Of a stretch of 64,000 bases of DNA, positions 30,946 to 41,793 are shown piece after piece (the first letter of the stretch is position 1; every line of letters begins with the position of its first letter). The notes under the pieces were generated by a model that ran no database searches, was not told where the DNA came from, and saw only the letters and a list, made by a program, of their open reading frames with translations. The translations under genes and the position numbers were made by a program. The stretch comes from an uncultured delta proteobacterium (GTDB lineage Bacteria; Desulfobacterota; RBG-13-43-22), in contig CAWBOS010000012.1 of assembly GCA_963790475.1 (NCBI GenBank), positions 256,001-320,000 of the forward strand. The letters run 5' to 3'.

Positions 30946-31179
30946 ATGGTACGGACACAAATTTATTTGACAGAGCGTCAGCGTGAAAAACTGGTGGCCA
31001 TCGCCAAGACTGCAGGGAAAAAGCAAAGCGAGCTGATTCGAGAGGCCGTCGATCGCTTCATCAATCAAAAGGGCCGGAGTACCCGGGAGGCCGTATTACG
31101 CGAGGCCGCTGGAATTTGGAAGGACAGGACGGATCTTCCTGACTTCAAGGCAACACGGGCCGGATGGGACAGGGGCTGA
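30946..31179 (+). CDS. CopG/RHH antitoxin
   Basis: MVRTQIYLT..KQSELIREAVD..AAGIWKDR. Confidence 0.9.
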   Translation: MVRTQIYLTERQREKLVAIAKTAGKKQSELIREAVDRFINQKGRSTREAVLREAAGIWKDRTDLPDFKATRAGWDRG

Positions 31180-31181
31180 AC

Positions 31182-31565
31182 ATGGCCAGGGCAATCCTTT
31201 TTGACACTGATGTTCTGGTTGATTTTTTTCGCGGCACAAGGAAAGCCGTGGACTTAGTCAACCTGCACTCAGAGAGGATCATCCTATCCTCAATCGTCGT
31301 TGCGGAGTTGTTCGCCGGTGTGAAAGGGGATACGGAACTGGCTGTTTTGGAAAAGTTTATCTCCCTCTTCCGTGTTGTCCCTGTAAGTACCGAGATTGCC
31401 AAGGTTGGAGGACTTTATAAGCGTGATTACGGCAAGTCTCACGGCGTAGGGCTCGCCGACGCTATACTGGCAGCTACTGCTGAAGCCGAGGATGCTGAGT
31501 TGAAGACGCTCAACATCAGGCACTACCCTATGTTGAAAGGTCTTGAATCAGCGTACAAGAAATGA
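31182..31565 (+). CDS. vapC: VapC PIN-domain toxin
   Basis: LFDTDVLVDFFRG, LADAILAATA, TLNIRHYP. Confidence 0.92.
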   Translation: MARAILFDTDVLVDFFRGTRKAVDLVNLHSERIILSSIVVAELFAGVKGDTELAVLEKFISLFRVVPVSTEIAKVGGLYKRDYGKSHGVGLADAILAATAEAEDAELKTLNIRHYPMLKGLESAYKK

Positions 31566-31633
31566 ATATGAAGGAATATTTACTGAATCCCGTGAAGATG
31601 TCCCCTCGTGACCAAAAAAGGTAGTATAGTTAT

Positions 31634-34600
31634 ATGGCAAATTTACTCGAAATCACCGGAAATGACATCGCTCAACTGGCTGATGCAGATCTTCGCGATT
31701 TAGTCGGTTTATTGTGTGAAGCGGATTATCGTTCAGCCGATCTTCCCATTAAAGGAATAACTTGGAGCGGTCATCAAGATGCTCGTGACGGTGGTCTGGA
31801 TGTTGTTGTTCGAGACGAGGTTCGCCCACCCTCGACTAGCTTCGTTCCAAGAAGGAGAACAGGATTCCAGGTAAAAAAGCCCGACATGAATCGGGGGGCG
31901 ATTCTCAAGGAGATGCGACCCAAAGAAACTTTGCGGGAAGAGATCAAAACTCTAATTCAAGAGAGCGGGGCATATATTATTGTCAGTTCAACCGGGTCAA
32001 CAACTGATTCAGCGTTAAAAAGTCGCCTCGGTGCCATGAGGGAAGCCATAGAGGGAGAAAATAATAACCAAAATCTTCACCTGGATTTTTACGATCGTGG
32101 ACGAATTGCAACCTGGGTGCGTTCACATCCTTCATTGATCCTATGGGTACGCAAAAAGATCGGGCGCGAACTGAGCGGCTGGCGACCCTATGAGAATTGG
32201 GCGAAAGCTCCGGGAGGGATAGAGGAAGAATATCTTTTGGATGACGGATTGAGGCTCCATGATGGGACTAACGCCAGAGATAAAGGGGTGTCAACGAAAG
32301 AGGGTCTACAAAAACTCAGATCGGAACTTTCCATTCCTGGTAATTCTGTTCGGTTAACCGGTTTGTCGGGGGTAGGAAAAACCCGGCTGATTCAAGCCAT
32401 GTTTGACGAAAGAGTCGGAGAACAAGCGCTTAACAGATGCCAAGCATTTTATGCCGATATGTCCGACAGTCCTGATCCTGATCCGAGGACATTTGCCGAA
32501 CAACTTATCGCTCATAAGACAAGAGCAATACTGATTGTCGATAATTGTCCTCCCGATTTGCATCGTCGGTTAACACAATGCTGTTCTGAATCGCATAGCA
32601 CTGTTAGTTTGCTCACAGTTGAATATGATGTTCGGGATAACCTTCCCGAGGAAACAAGCGTATTTAGATTAGAACCGGCCAGTGATGAGATTATTGAAAA
32701 ACTGGTTGAAAAGCATTTTCCACATATCAGCCAGGTTGATGCCCGGACAATCGCAAACTTTTCAGGAGGTAACGCGCGGGTAGCCATTTCACTTGCCAAT
32801 ACAATCCAACATGGTGAGACTCTGTCAGGTCTTCGCGATGAAGAATTATTCGAAAGACTTTTCCGGCAAAGGAATGAACCAAATGAAAACCTGCTCATAT
32901 CGGCAGAGGTATGCTCTCTGGTTTATTCATTTGAAGGTACGGATACTAATTCAGAAAAATCTGAATTAAATTTCCTGGCATCTCTCATTGGCAAGTCGGG
33001 GGCCGAATTGTATCGGGATGTTAAAACGCTTAAGGAACGGGATTTGGTACAATCCCGGGGGTGTGGAGAGCCGTGCTCCCCCACGCTATCGCCAATCGTC
33101 TTGCCCAACGCGCGCTTGAATCCATACCGAAAGACACGCTCGTTCAGGCTTTTCTCCAAAGCGGATCGGAGCGGTTGATAAAATCATTTTCGCGGCGTCT
33201 TAATTATCTTCATGACTGCAATCCAGCCATTGAGATAGTTAATGAGTGGCTGTCGCCTGATAGTTGGCTTGGAAAAGCGAATTGTAATTTTAATGACTTT
33301 GGAATGGAGATATTCAGGAACATAGCCCCAGTATCTCCGGAAAAAGCATTGGAAGCAATAGAACGCGCCGCAAACGGAGAAGGAGGAGCAGGATTTACGT
33401 CCAGAGAGTGTCCGCGCTATTATGAATTTGTGAAGCTCTTGTGGCATTTGGCCTATGATCCTGAGTTGTTCGAGAGAAGCACTAAGCTCTTGTGCCGTTA
33501 TGCGCTTTCAGAAAAATCAGAGGAAAATCGTAATTCTACACGCGACTTTCTTAAATCTCTTTTTTATCTTTACCTGTCCGGCACTCATGCCCCAGTTGAA
33601 GAAAGAGCCAAGATCATTGAGGAGTTGGTAGATTCTGAAGATCAGGATAAGCAAGGACTAGGGCTCTCCCTTTTGGATGCAGCACTGGAAACATGGCACT
33701 TTAGCTCAATTCATGATTTCGGGTTTGGCGCAAGGTCCAGGGATTATGGATATTATCCTAGGACACGCGAGGAAATAGTTAGCTGGTATGAAGTTTTTAT
33801 CGGGATTTGCACCCACTTGGCCCTTTCAGACCAACCGATTGCCAAACAAGCCAAAAAAATCCTATCCGATAATCTGCGCGGCCTATGGACAAAGGCTGGC
33901 ATGTTTGAAGTGTTGGAGAATTCAGTCAAACAAATTCATGAGCGCCAGGCATGGAACGAGGCCTGGATCGCAGTACGGGGAATAATCCGGTATGACAATA
34001 AGGGATTCACAAATGATATTTCAGAAAGACTACATAGGATAGAAAAACTCTTAAAGCCTAATGATCTATTAGAACGTGCACGTACTTTCGCATTATTAGA
34101 TGAACAGTCTACCTTCGATCTGGAAGAGGATGTTGATGTTGATGAGGCTGGAGCCGGAGTATCCGCATGGACACGAACTCAAGAGACTACCCGCGAAATA
34201 GGTGCCCTAGTTGCTCAAAACCCTGACACACTTGAAGCGCTCTTGCCCGAACTCGTTTCCACGGACAATACGCGGCTCTATAGCTTCGGAAGAGGCCTAG
34301 CTGATGGCTGTGATGACAAAAAGGAATTCTGGCAACTCTTGTATGCCCAGCTTGAAAAGACGCCGGCCGAAAAACGGAAAATCAGGATCTTTATGGGCTT
34401 CCTTTCCTCATGCGCGGAAACCGACCCGGTATTCTATAATTCCACACTTGATAACTTAATAACCGATGAATTGCTTGGAGAATGGTTTCCTTTTTTCCAA
34501 ACAACGTCAACCATAGATCAGAGAGGGGTTGAACGCTTACATAAAGCTTTGGATACTGGAAAGGCAAAGATACATACTTTCGGACATCTTGCTTGGGGAC

Positions 34601-35478
34601 GTGTTCATGAATCCATAAGTGATGATGATCTGGCCGAGCTTTTAAGGAAAATCCTCTCCAAGGAGAACGGCTTGGATGTGGTAGTCGAAATTTTGAAGAT
34701 GAGATTTCATTCACCGGAAGAAAAGGCGCGCGATTATTCCGATAATCTGGTTTCGGTCGCGCGCAATGTGTTATCGATATATCCCTTGTCTGAAGGACGC
34801 CGAAGGCATAGCGGTGAGGATTATGCCCTCACACAAATAAGCCACATATGTCTTAAAGGGGAAGGAGGCGCTAACGCTGCCAAAGATATATGCCAACATC
34901 TCGCAGAAGCGATTGCTAATAATCGTGTTTATGTTTTCGATTATCCAAGTCTACTTAACATCCTTGCCAGCACACATCCCATGGTATTTTTGGACATGTT
35001 TGTAGGGAATAAAGACATTAAAGACTACCAGCGAAGAAGGATGTTTGACTATGATTTCAATAATAGGCGCGGTAATCCCCTTGATAACATTTCTGAGAGC
35101 GACCTTATTTCTTGGTGTGATAAGGACCCAGAATCTCGTTATTTAATGATCGCCTCGGCGATGCAGCCTTTTGAGGAATCAGCGGAGGCAGGCAAGTTAG
35201 TCTGGAAGCCTATCGTGGATACCATTTTTGAGAAGGCACCGGATTTGGGCAAAGTTTTTGAATCCCTATCACGGGCCATGAGGCCCACGGGATGGAGTGG
35301 TTCACTCGCGGATATTTTGCAGCAGCGATTGATTTTATTTCATGATCTGTATCAGCATCATAATGCAGAAGTTAGGGCTTGGGCCAAACGTCAGCATTCG
35401 GCGTTGCAGGAATCAATCAAGAGGGAACGTGAATCGGAAGAGAGTCGAAACCCCGATCGAAATGAGAGCTTCGAGTAA
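31634..35478 (+). pseudogene. Restriction-endonuclease-like plus STAND NTPase plus long helical region, frameshifted at G5 run 33057-33061
   Basis: N-terminal DGGLD..FQVK nuclease-like motif, Walker A GLSGVGKT, Walker B ILIVDNC; one extra G fuses ORFs 31634-33178 and 33061-35478 (QSRG-VWRAVLPH). Confidence 0.75.
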
Positions 35479-35828
35479 GATAATTTTAATCTCAATGAGT
35501 TCCTTTTAACTATATGAATGAAGATCTTCAACCAATATTTGAAATCTTGTTACCTGGTTTAGAAAAGTGTGGGATTGATTATTGGGTTTATGGAGGTGTC
35601 AGTATAGCTGCATATGCTAGAAAATTTGTTAGATCAAACAAAGGACGTCGATGTTTTTGTAATTGAAAATGACTTCGAAAAAGGGATAACTAGGGTCTGT
35701 TTTCTTAACAATCTGCTTTAATGTTAAGAAAATAAACCTGTGCTGGTTTGACGAAAGCCAAGGGAAAATTCAAATAAAAAGATGTTGGTTTGGATGGAAA
35801 AACAAAGGCTGACCTCCCCCGGTCGGAT

Positions 35829-37358
35829 CTACCAGTCGATAGGAAAATAATCTTTCAGAAATTTACCGGACCAGTGTTTCCCGGTTAAAATCCCATCAAA
35901 GAAGGGATCGCAGATCCTGGCCGCTCCATCCACAATGTCTAATGGGGGCTGGAAATCATGCACTTCCTGTTTAAATTTAGAAAGCTCCACGGGGTCTTCA
36001 TCGGTAACCCAACCGGTATCAACCGCATTCATATAGATCCCATCTCTGGCTAAATCTTCGGCGGAGGTATGGGTCATCATATTCAAGGCCGCTTTAGCCA
36101 TGTTGGTATGGGGATGTCTATCATCTTTCTTGAATCTGAAAAATTTTCCTTCCATGGCGGTCACATTGACAATATGCTTTTGCCCGGTATAATCGCGCTT
36201 CATTAAAGGGGCTAATCTATTGCATAACACAAAGGGAGCCACGGCATTCACCAATTGAACTTCAAGCATCTCGTCGGTTTGTATTTCTCCAAGCCGTAAA
36301 CGCCAACTGTTGGTCCTGCGCAGATCCACCTGTTGAAGGTCGGCATCCAGCTTTCCTTTTGGAAATACTTCCTTAGAGATCAGGGAATGATCATGACTAT
36401 AAGGAATCTGTGATAGTTGAGCGGATTCACGCAGCCCAATTCCAGGTCCCTGATCCTGCCAGGCTACCGGAAGGGCGGATCCTCGTTCCTGGATAGTAGG
36501 ACAAAAAGACTTAAGCTGATTTTTACACATCTCATGGTCTTCAAGCAGTTTCCGGACCTCAGCGGACCGGGTCCGAATCCCGTTTATTTCATTTTCAATA
36601 AGATGGGCATAAAAACCCGGAGGCCGCCTGACCGTCTGGGCCGCATTATTGATCAATAGGTCAAGACGCCCATACCTTTGTTCTACAAATCTGGTAAAAA
36701 TTTCAACACTGGGAATATGTCTCAGATCGAGACCATGAATCTGCAATCGATCTCCCCATTCAGCAAATCCCTCTTCCTGGGAATATCGGGTGGCGGAATC
36801 GACCGGAAACCGGGTGGTCGCAATAACCCGGGCTCCGGCACGCAGCATCATCAGAGTCGCCTGATACCCGATTTTCACCCGGGCGCCGGTAATCAGAGCC
36901 ACCTGCCCCTGAAGAGAGGCGGTCTGAAAACGTTTCCTATAATTCAGATCACCGCATTTTTTACACAAGGTATCATAGAAAAAGTGCAGATGGGTGAACT
37001 CTTCTTTACAGACATAGCAATTGCGGGGGGCAACTAATTCTTCGTCTTTAGGTTCAGATTCTGACGGATTGAATTCAATCTCTTTCGGTGCAGTAAAGGT
37101 TGTATCAAACCGGGCCATACGAATCCCGGTCGTATTTTTGGCACGGCGGTCTTTTTCAAGAATGGCCAGACTATGTTTTTTATTGGCCGCCTTATTTCTC
37201 TTTTTAATTTCCGCCCTGTCGGGACGGGATATTTTCCCGGTTACTTTCAGAAGGGCAATTCTTTGTTCTTCCGGAAGATTGGCCAGTCGGTCCGTATCTT
37301 CGGCCAGGATTTTAAGAATTGAAATACATTGATCAATTTCTTCGGAAGAATGTTTCAT
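35829..37358 (-). CDS. Extended SDR family oxidoreductase with N-terminal Cys motif domain
   Basis: [37 protein letters not shown]. Confidence 0.88.
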   Translation of the reverse strand: MKHSSEEIDQCISILKILAEDTDRLANLPEEQRIALLKVTGKISRPDRAEIKKRNKAANKKHSLAILEKDRRAKNTTGIRMARFDTTFTAPKEIEFNPSESEPKDEELVAPRNCYVCKEEFTHLHFFYDTLCKKCGDLNYRKRFQTASLQGQVALITGARVKIGYQATLMMLRAGARVIATTRFPVDSATRYSQEEGFAEWGDRLQIHGLDLRHIPSVEIFTRFVEQRYGRLDLLINNAAQTVRRPPGFYAHLIENEINGIRTRSAEVRKLLEDHEMCKNQLKSFCPTIQERGSALPVAWQDQGPGIGLRESAQLSQIPYSHDHSLISKEVFPKGKLDADLQQVDLRRTNSWRLRLGEIQTDEMLEVQLVNAVAPFVLCNRLAPLMKRDYTGQKHIVNVTAMEGKFFRFKKDDRHPHTNMAKAALNMMTHTSAEDLARDGIYMNAVDTGWVTDEDPVELSKFKQEVHDFQPPLDIVDGAARICDPFFDGILTGKHWSGKFLKDYFPIDW

Positions 37359-37600
37359 GACAATTCATTTTTTACTCTCTTTCATTTATTTCATCTTGAA
37401 AAAAAGTCGGAGTATAGCAAGAATAGACTCTTTAGTCGAATATTTAAATTTCTTGAAATCAAGTTTGAAGGCCGGCCTTTAGATTCTGATTTCATAAATA
37501 AGACATAAGTGATAAAAGATGTTCCAGGTCCAGGCCACCTTGGCATAAGTGGAACCGGTGTTGGTTACCCTGTCAGTTCCCCAATGAGGAGAGAACGCCG

Positions 37601-38611
37601 ATGAAAATGAGAACCTTTCTCAGCCTGATTCGAGATGGCCAGTTTTCTTTGATGTTGAGGCTCAAAAAAAGCTCTGAAGAATTTTATCGGGTCTGTTTTA
37701 TCATGGCCGGGTTAAAAGGAGGGATCTATGATCGGTTGGGGCAAGGGCCGGTCAGCTTTGAGAAACTGAATGCGGAATTCGGATCCAAGCATGACCCGAA
37801 AAAATTAGAAGCCTGGTTGGAAGTAGGGGTTCGCCTGCGGGAATTAAAATACGGCAGGGACGGCTATTCCCTCGGCAGCCGATTATCCAAAAAGTTGGCA
37901 ACACCCTTTTATGATGCGCAACGGGCCTTCCTGGAGGAATTTGTTCTCCTGCATCATACCCTCCTGACCGAGTCGCCGAACAGAATCAAGCAGGACCGGA
38001 TGTTCTCCTGGCCAGACACTGACGGGGAGTTAATTGCCCGCTCATCAAGGGTCCTCGAACCTTTCATCAGGGAAACAATGGACCAGGTAGTCCCCGTGAC
38101 CGGGGAATGCTCTTTGCTGGAAGTGGGCTGCGGATCGGGGGTTTACATCCGGCAGGCCTGCCAACGTAATCCGCGGTTGAAAGCCGTGGGTTTAGAAATA
38201 CAGCCGGAGGTTGGTGCTTTTGCCCGAAAAAATATCCACGATTGGCAACTCGACGATCGGGTAACCATCGAAATCGGAAACATCCTCGACTATCAGACTT
38301 CCCAGAAATTCGATCTGGTTACCCTGCATAACAACATCTATTATTTCCCGGAAGGTAAGCAGGTGGACCTGGCCCGTCACTTAAAAACTTTCTTGAAGTC
38401 GGGAGGCCGTCTGGTGGTTACGACCGGTTGCCGGGACGGTGGAGTCGCCATGAAGGTTATTAACCTATGGGCAATCATGACCGAAGGGGCCGGAACACTT
38501 CCAAAACCGGAAGAATTGCAGGCTAAACTGGTCCAGGCGGGTTTTCAAAACATCCGGATGAAGAACCTTCTGCCCGGTGACCGGTTCTATCAATTCATTG
38601 CCGGTGTTTGA
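37601..38611 (+). CDS. Class I SAM-dependent methyltransferase
   Basis: LLEVGCGSG, FDLVTLHNNIYYF, LKSGG. Confidence 0.88.
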   Translation: MKMRTFLSLIRDGQFSLMLRLKKSSEEFYRVCFIMAGLKGGIYDRLGQGPVSFEKLNAEFGSKHDPKKLEAWLEVGVRLRELKYGRDGYSLGSRLSKKLATPFYDAQRAFLEEFVLLHHTLLTESPNRIKQDRMFSWPDTDGELIARSSRVLEPFIRETMDQVVPVTGECSLLEVGCGSGVYIRQACQRNPRLKAVGLEIQPEVGAFARKNIHDWQLDDRVTIEIGNILDYQTSQKFDLVTLHNNIYYFPEGKQVDLARHLKTFLKSGGRLVVTTGCRDGGVAMKVINLWAIMTEGAGTLPKPEELQAKLVQAGFQNIRMKNLLPGDRFYQFIAGV

Positions 38612-38809
38612 GCAAGTGTTTGTACGAGGGTTGGCCACTTCATTCATTTATTGTGGTAAGAGATAACACGCCCCATAAAATGTTAATTCCCGGGACTTCA
38701 TGAAGCTCCTCCGGTTTGACGAGAAGACAACCTTTATATATTTACATTTACACGGCTCTAATAGTATTCTTAGTAAAATAGGATCCCCCGGCAAGAGGAG
38801 ATCTCAAAA

Positions 38810-41629
38810 ATGCATAGAAACCGATTCCTGGCCCTGTCTTCCATGTCGCTGTTCTTATGGCTCATCCTCTTCACCACCGGCGTGGTTTACGCTGAGGACG
38901 GCTGGAAGCCGGTCAAACTGCCCTCCGGAAAGGTGCTGATCAAGGCGCCTGCCGGTACCTTTGTCTCCGACCTCAACGCCTTCCCCATCAATTCCGCAAT
39001 CAGCAGGGACGGACGATATGTGGCCTTTTTGAACAACGGCTATGGGCATGAGGCGTCGGCATTCCGCAAATCCGTGGCCGTCTATGACCGCACCACAGGA
39101 AAGGTCGCCGATTTTACGGAGCCCGGAACCGGCCTCAACTTCGATGGCCCGGCCGGTATCACAACGCCCTACTACGGCATAGCCTTCAGTTCCAGCGGCG
39201 AGCGTCTTTATGTTTCCATTGCCTCGACCAAGCAAGATCCCAAGTTGGGGGATCGCACCCAAAACGGAATACGCATCTATCGCCTTGGCCAAAAAAGACT
39301 GGATCCGGAGGGTGTAATCGCTCTTCCGCCCGGCGAAATTCCTTTGCCGGCGGGGATCGTCCGGAATAATCCGGCACCGACCCCCTCCGGTCTGGCCGTG
39401 CTCCCTGATCCGGAAAACCCCGGACAGGATTTGATCTATGCCGCCCTGACCCTCAGCGACGCCGTCGTGGAGGTGAGTACCCAGACGAAAAAAATACGAC
39501 GTGTGTTTGATCTGCATAATGCCGCCGTTCATCCGGCCCTGCCTGCGGAATACCCTTATGCCGCGGCTGTCGGACAGGACGGCAGGACGCTCTATGTCAG
39601 CCTCTACAACGGCTCGGCCGTAGCGGTTGTGGACCTTGCCAGCGGCAAGGTCAATTACCTGCCTGTGGGTCTTCAGGTCAGCGGAGCTTCGATGCCCAGC
39701 AGCCATCCCAGTCACCTGGCTTTCCACCCATCGGGCAAGGCGCTTTATGTGGCCGTGGAAAACAGCGACCAGGTCAGCGTTATTGACAACGACCCCCAAT
39801 CGGACCACTACCGAAAAGTCATCGCCAGCCTGGACATCAGACCGGAGGAATTGCAGGTCCGGAAGGTCCTCGGCGCGGGTCCCAATCACCTTACTTTCAC
39901 ACCGGACGGCGGCACTCTCTTTGTTTCCTGCGGCCTGCTCAATGCCCTGGCCGTAGTCGGCATCGAAGGAAATTCAGGCACCGGGAAGCTCTCGATCAGG
40001 GGATATTTGCCTACCCTGTGGTATCCGCATACGGCGGAAGTCAGTATCGATGGAACAACGCTGTACCTGACCAGCGGGAAGGGACGCGGGACAGGACCTA
40101 ACCGACCCCATTGGCCCTATCCTCCAAGACAGCTCCCCTTTACTTACGGCCCGACTCTACTGAAAGGCTCTTTGCATCAGCTTTCCCTGAAGCAGATGGA
40201 CACGGATCTGACCCGGTTTACGGCAGCGGTTAAACGCAACAACCAGATCGATCCCGATTCGCTGGCCTCGGCCCGGGAAGCCATGGACTTCAATCCCATT
40301 CGGCACGTGATTTATGTGATCAAGGAAAATCGGACTTTCGATCAGGTTTTTGGCGACCTCAAGGGCGCCGATACAAATAAAGTATGCCTCCACTTCGGCG
40401 AAAAATATACTCCGAACCAGCATCGGCTGGCCCGTGAGTTCGGTATCTACGACAACTTCTTTGTGAGTGCCGAGGTCAGTTTCAACGGTCATACCTGGTC
40501 CACGGCCGGTATCAACAGCGGCTGGAACGAGCAACAGTGGCAGATCAACTATTCCACGGGGAACTTCACCTTTGATTCAGTAGGCCGAAACAACCTAATT
40601 CTCCCGGTGGAACACCGTCAATCCGATGTGGACACGCCTCAAGGAGGCTATATCTGGGACACGGTCTTAGGGGCAGGAAAGACGATAGGCATCTATGGGG
40701 AGTATTGTGCTAATCCTAAACAACCCCGCAAATCGTTGAAGAAGGGCGACTCGTATCCGGCCTTCCTATCCCACCCGCGTCTTGGTCCGGTGAGCAAATT
40801 TCCGTGGGAGATTCCGCTGTTCGCAGACCTGGATGAGCAGGGGAACGTTTTGGGAGGAAGCATTGCCACCAAAGAAGCCTTCCGCGGCGCCTATCAGCCT
40901 TTATATCCCGATTTTCAATTGAACTACCCGGATATCTTGAGGTTTCTGGTCTGGAAGCGGGATTTTGATCGCATTGCCGGCACCTACGAGGAATCGGGGA
41001 AGGACCTCCTGCCGGCTTTCAGCATTGTAGCCTTGCCAAACAACCACACTCGCGGCGTCGCGCCCGGCGGACCGACACCGGACGCCAGCGTGGCCGACAA
41101 CGACCTGGCCCTCGGCCTGCTGGTGGAAGCGATCTCCGGTAACCCCTACTTTTGGAGCAACACGGCGATCATTGTCGTCGAGGACGATGCCCAGGCCGGC
41201 TGCGATCATGTGGATTCGCATCGCAGCCCAATGCTCTTTATCTCCAAATATAATCCGGGCTCCAGCCGGCAGCCAAAGGTCGATTCTCGATTCCTGACTA
41301 CCGCCAGCGTCATCCGCAGTATCGAAGCGCTTCTGGAACTCCCTTCGAATAACCTAATGACTTCTACGTCGCCTCTTATCTTCACCCGCCTGGAACGCGA
41401 TCCCGGCCTGCTGCATGATCGCTATGTGGCCGACTACCAGAATCTGGAGAACGGGATGATTTTTGAGGAAGGGACCGGGGTCATCCGGGCTCAGTCGGAA
41501 TTACAGGAGCTGGTGGAGCTGACCAAAACTTTGGACCTGGATGAGGCGGATCAAGCCGACGCCTACACCCTGAACTATATCCTTGAGAGATGGGTTGCGG
41601 CGCGCGACCGGCTTCAATACCGGAAATGA
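38810..41629 (+). CDS. Secreted YncE-like beta-propeller / phosphoesterase bifunctional protein
   Basis: Signal peptide, propeller repeats, IRHVIYVIKENRTFDQVFGD, LPNNHT, VEDDAQAGCDHVDSHRS. Confidence 0.88.
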   Translation: MHRNRFLALSSMSLFLWLILFTTGVVYAEDGWKPVKLPSGKVLIKAPAGTFVSDLNAFPINSAISRDGRYVAFLNNGYGHEASAFRKSVAVYDRTTGKVADFTEPGTGLNFDGPAGITTPYYGIAFSSSGERLYVSIASTKQDPKLGDRTQNGIRIYRLGQKRLDPEGVIALPPGEIPLPAGIVRNNPAPTPSGLAVLPDPENPGQDLIYAALTLSDAVVEVSTQTKKIRRVFDLHNAAVHPALPAEYPYAAAVGQDGRTLYVSLYNGSAVAVVDLASGKVNYLPVGLQVSGASMPSSHPSHLAFHPSGKALYVAVENSDQVSVIDNDPQSDHYRKVIASLDIRPEELQVRKVLGAGPNHLTFTPDGGTLFVSCGLLNALAVVGIEGNSGTGKLSIRGYLPTLWYPHTAEVSIDGTTLYLTSGKGRGTGPNRPHWPYPPRQLPFTYGPTLLKGSLHQLSLKQMDTDLTRFTAAVKRNNQIDPDSLASAREAMDFNPIRHVIYVIKENRTFDQVFGDLKGADTNKVCLHFGEKYTPNQHRLAREFGIYDNFFVSAEVSFNGHTWSTAGINSGWNEQQWQINYSTGNFTFDSVGRNNLILPVEHRQSDVDTPQGGYIWDTVLGAGKTIGIYGEYCANPKQPRKSLKKGDSYPAFLSHPRLGPVSKFPWEIPLFADLDEQGNVLGGSIATKEAFRGAYQPLYPDFQLNYPDILRFLVWKRDFDRIAGTYEESGKDLLPAFSIVALPNNHTRGVAPGGPTPDASVADNDLALGLLVEAISGNPYFWSNTAIIVVEDDAQAGCDHVDSHRSPMLFISKYNPGSSRQPKVDSRFLTTASVIRSIEALLELPSNNLMTSTSPLIFTRLERDPGLLHDRYVADYQNLENGMIFEEGTGVIRAQSELQELVELTKTLDLDEADQADAYTLNYILERWVAARDRLQYRK

Positions 41630-41793
41630 CGAATAAATTTCCCCCCATCACTACCACCTGGTTCAGGAAGCTTTTGATCCTGGAGTGGAGGATTTCAAGA
41701 CAGATAGGTTCAGTGGAGTTTGGACCATTCACTCCTCCATGGTTTAGCTGCGGAGAAAGATAAAGAGGAAGTTTTCAACTGCCGCGCCGAGGA

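Noticed and set aside
25750-31600. Classical integron or CRISPR array
   Set aside because: No integrase, no convincing attC core sites, and no regularly spaced repeat-spacer units
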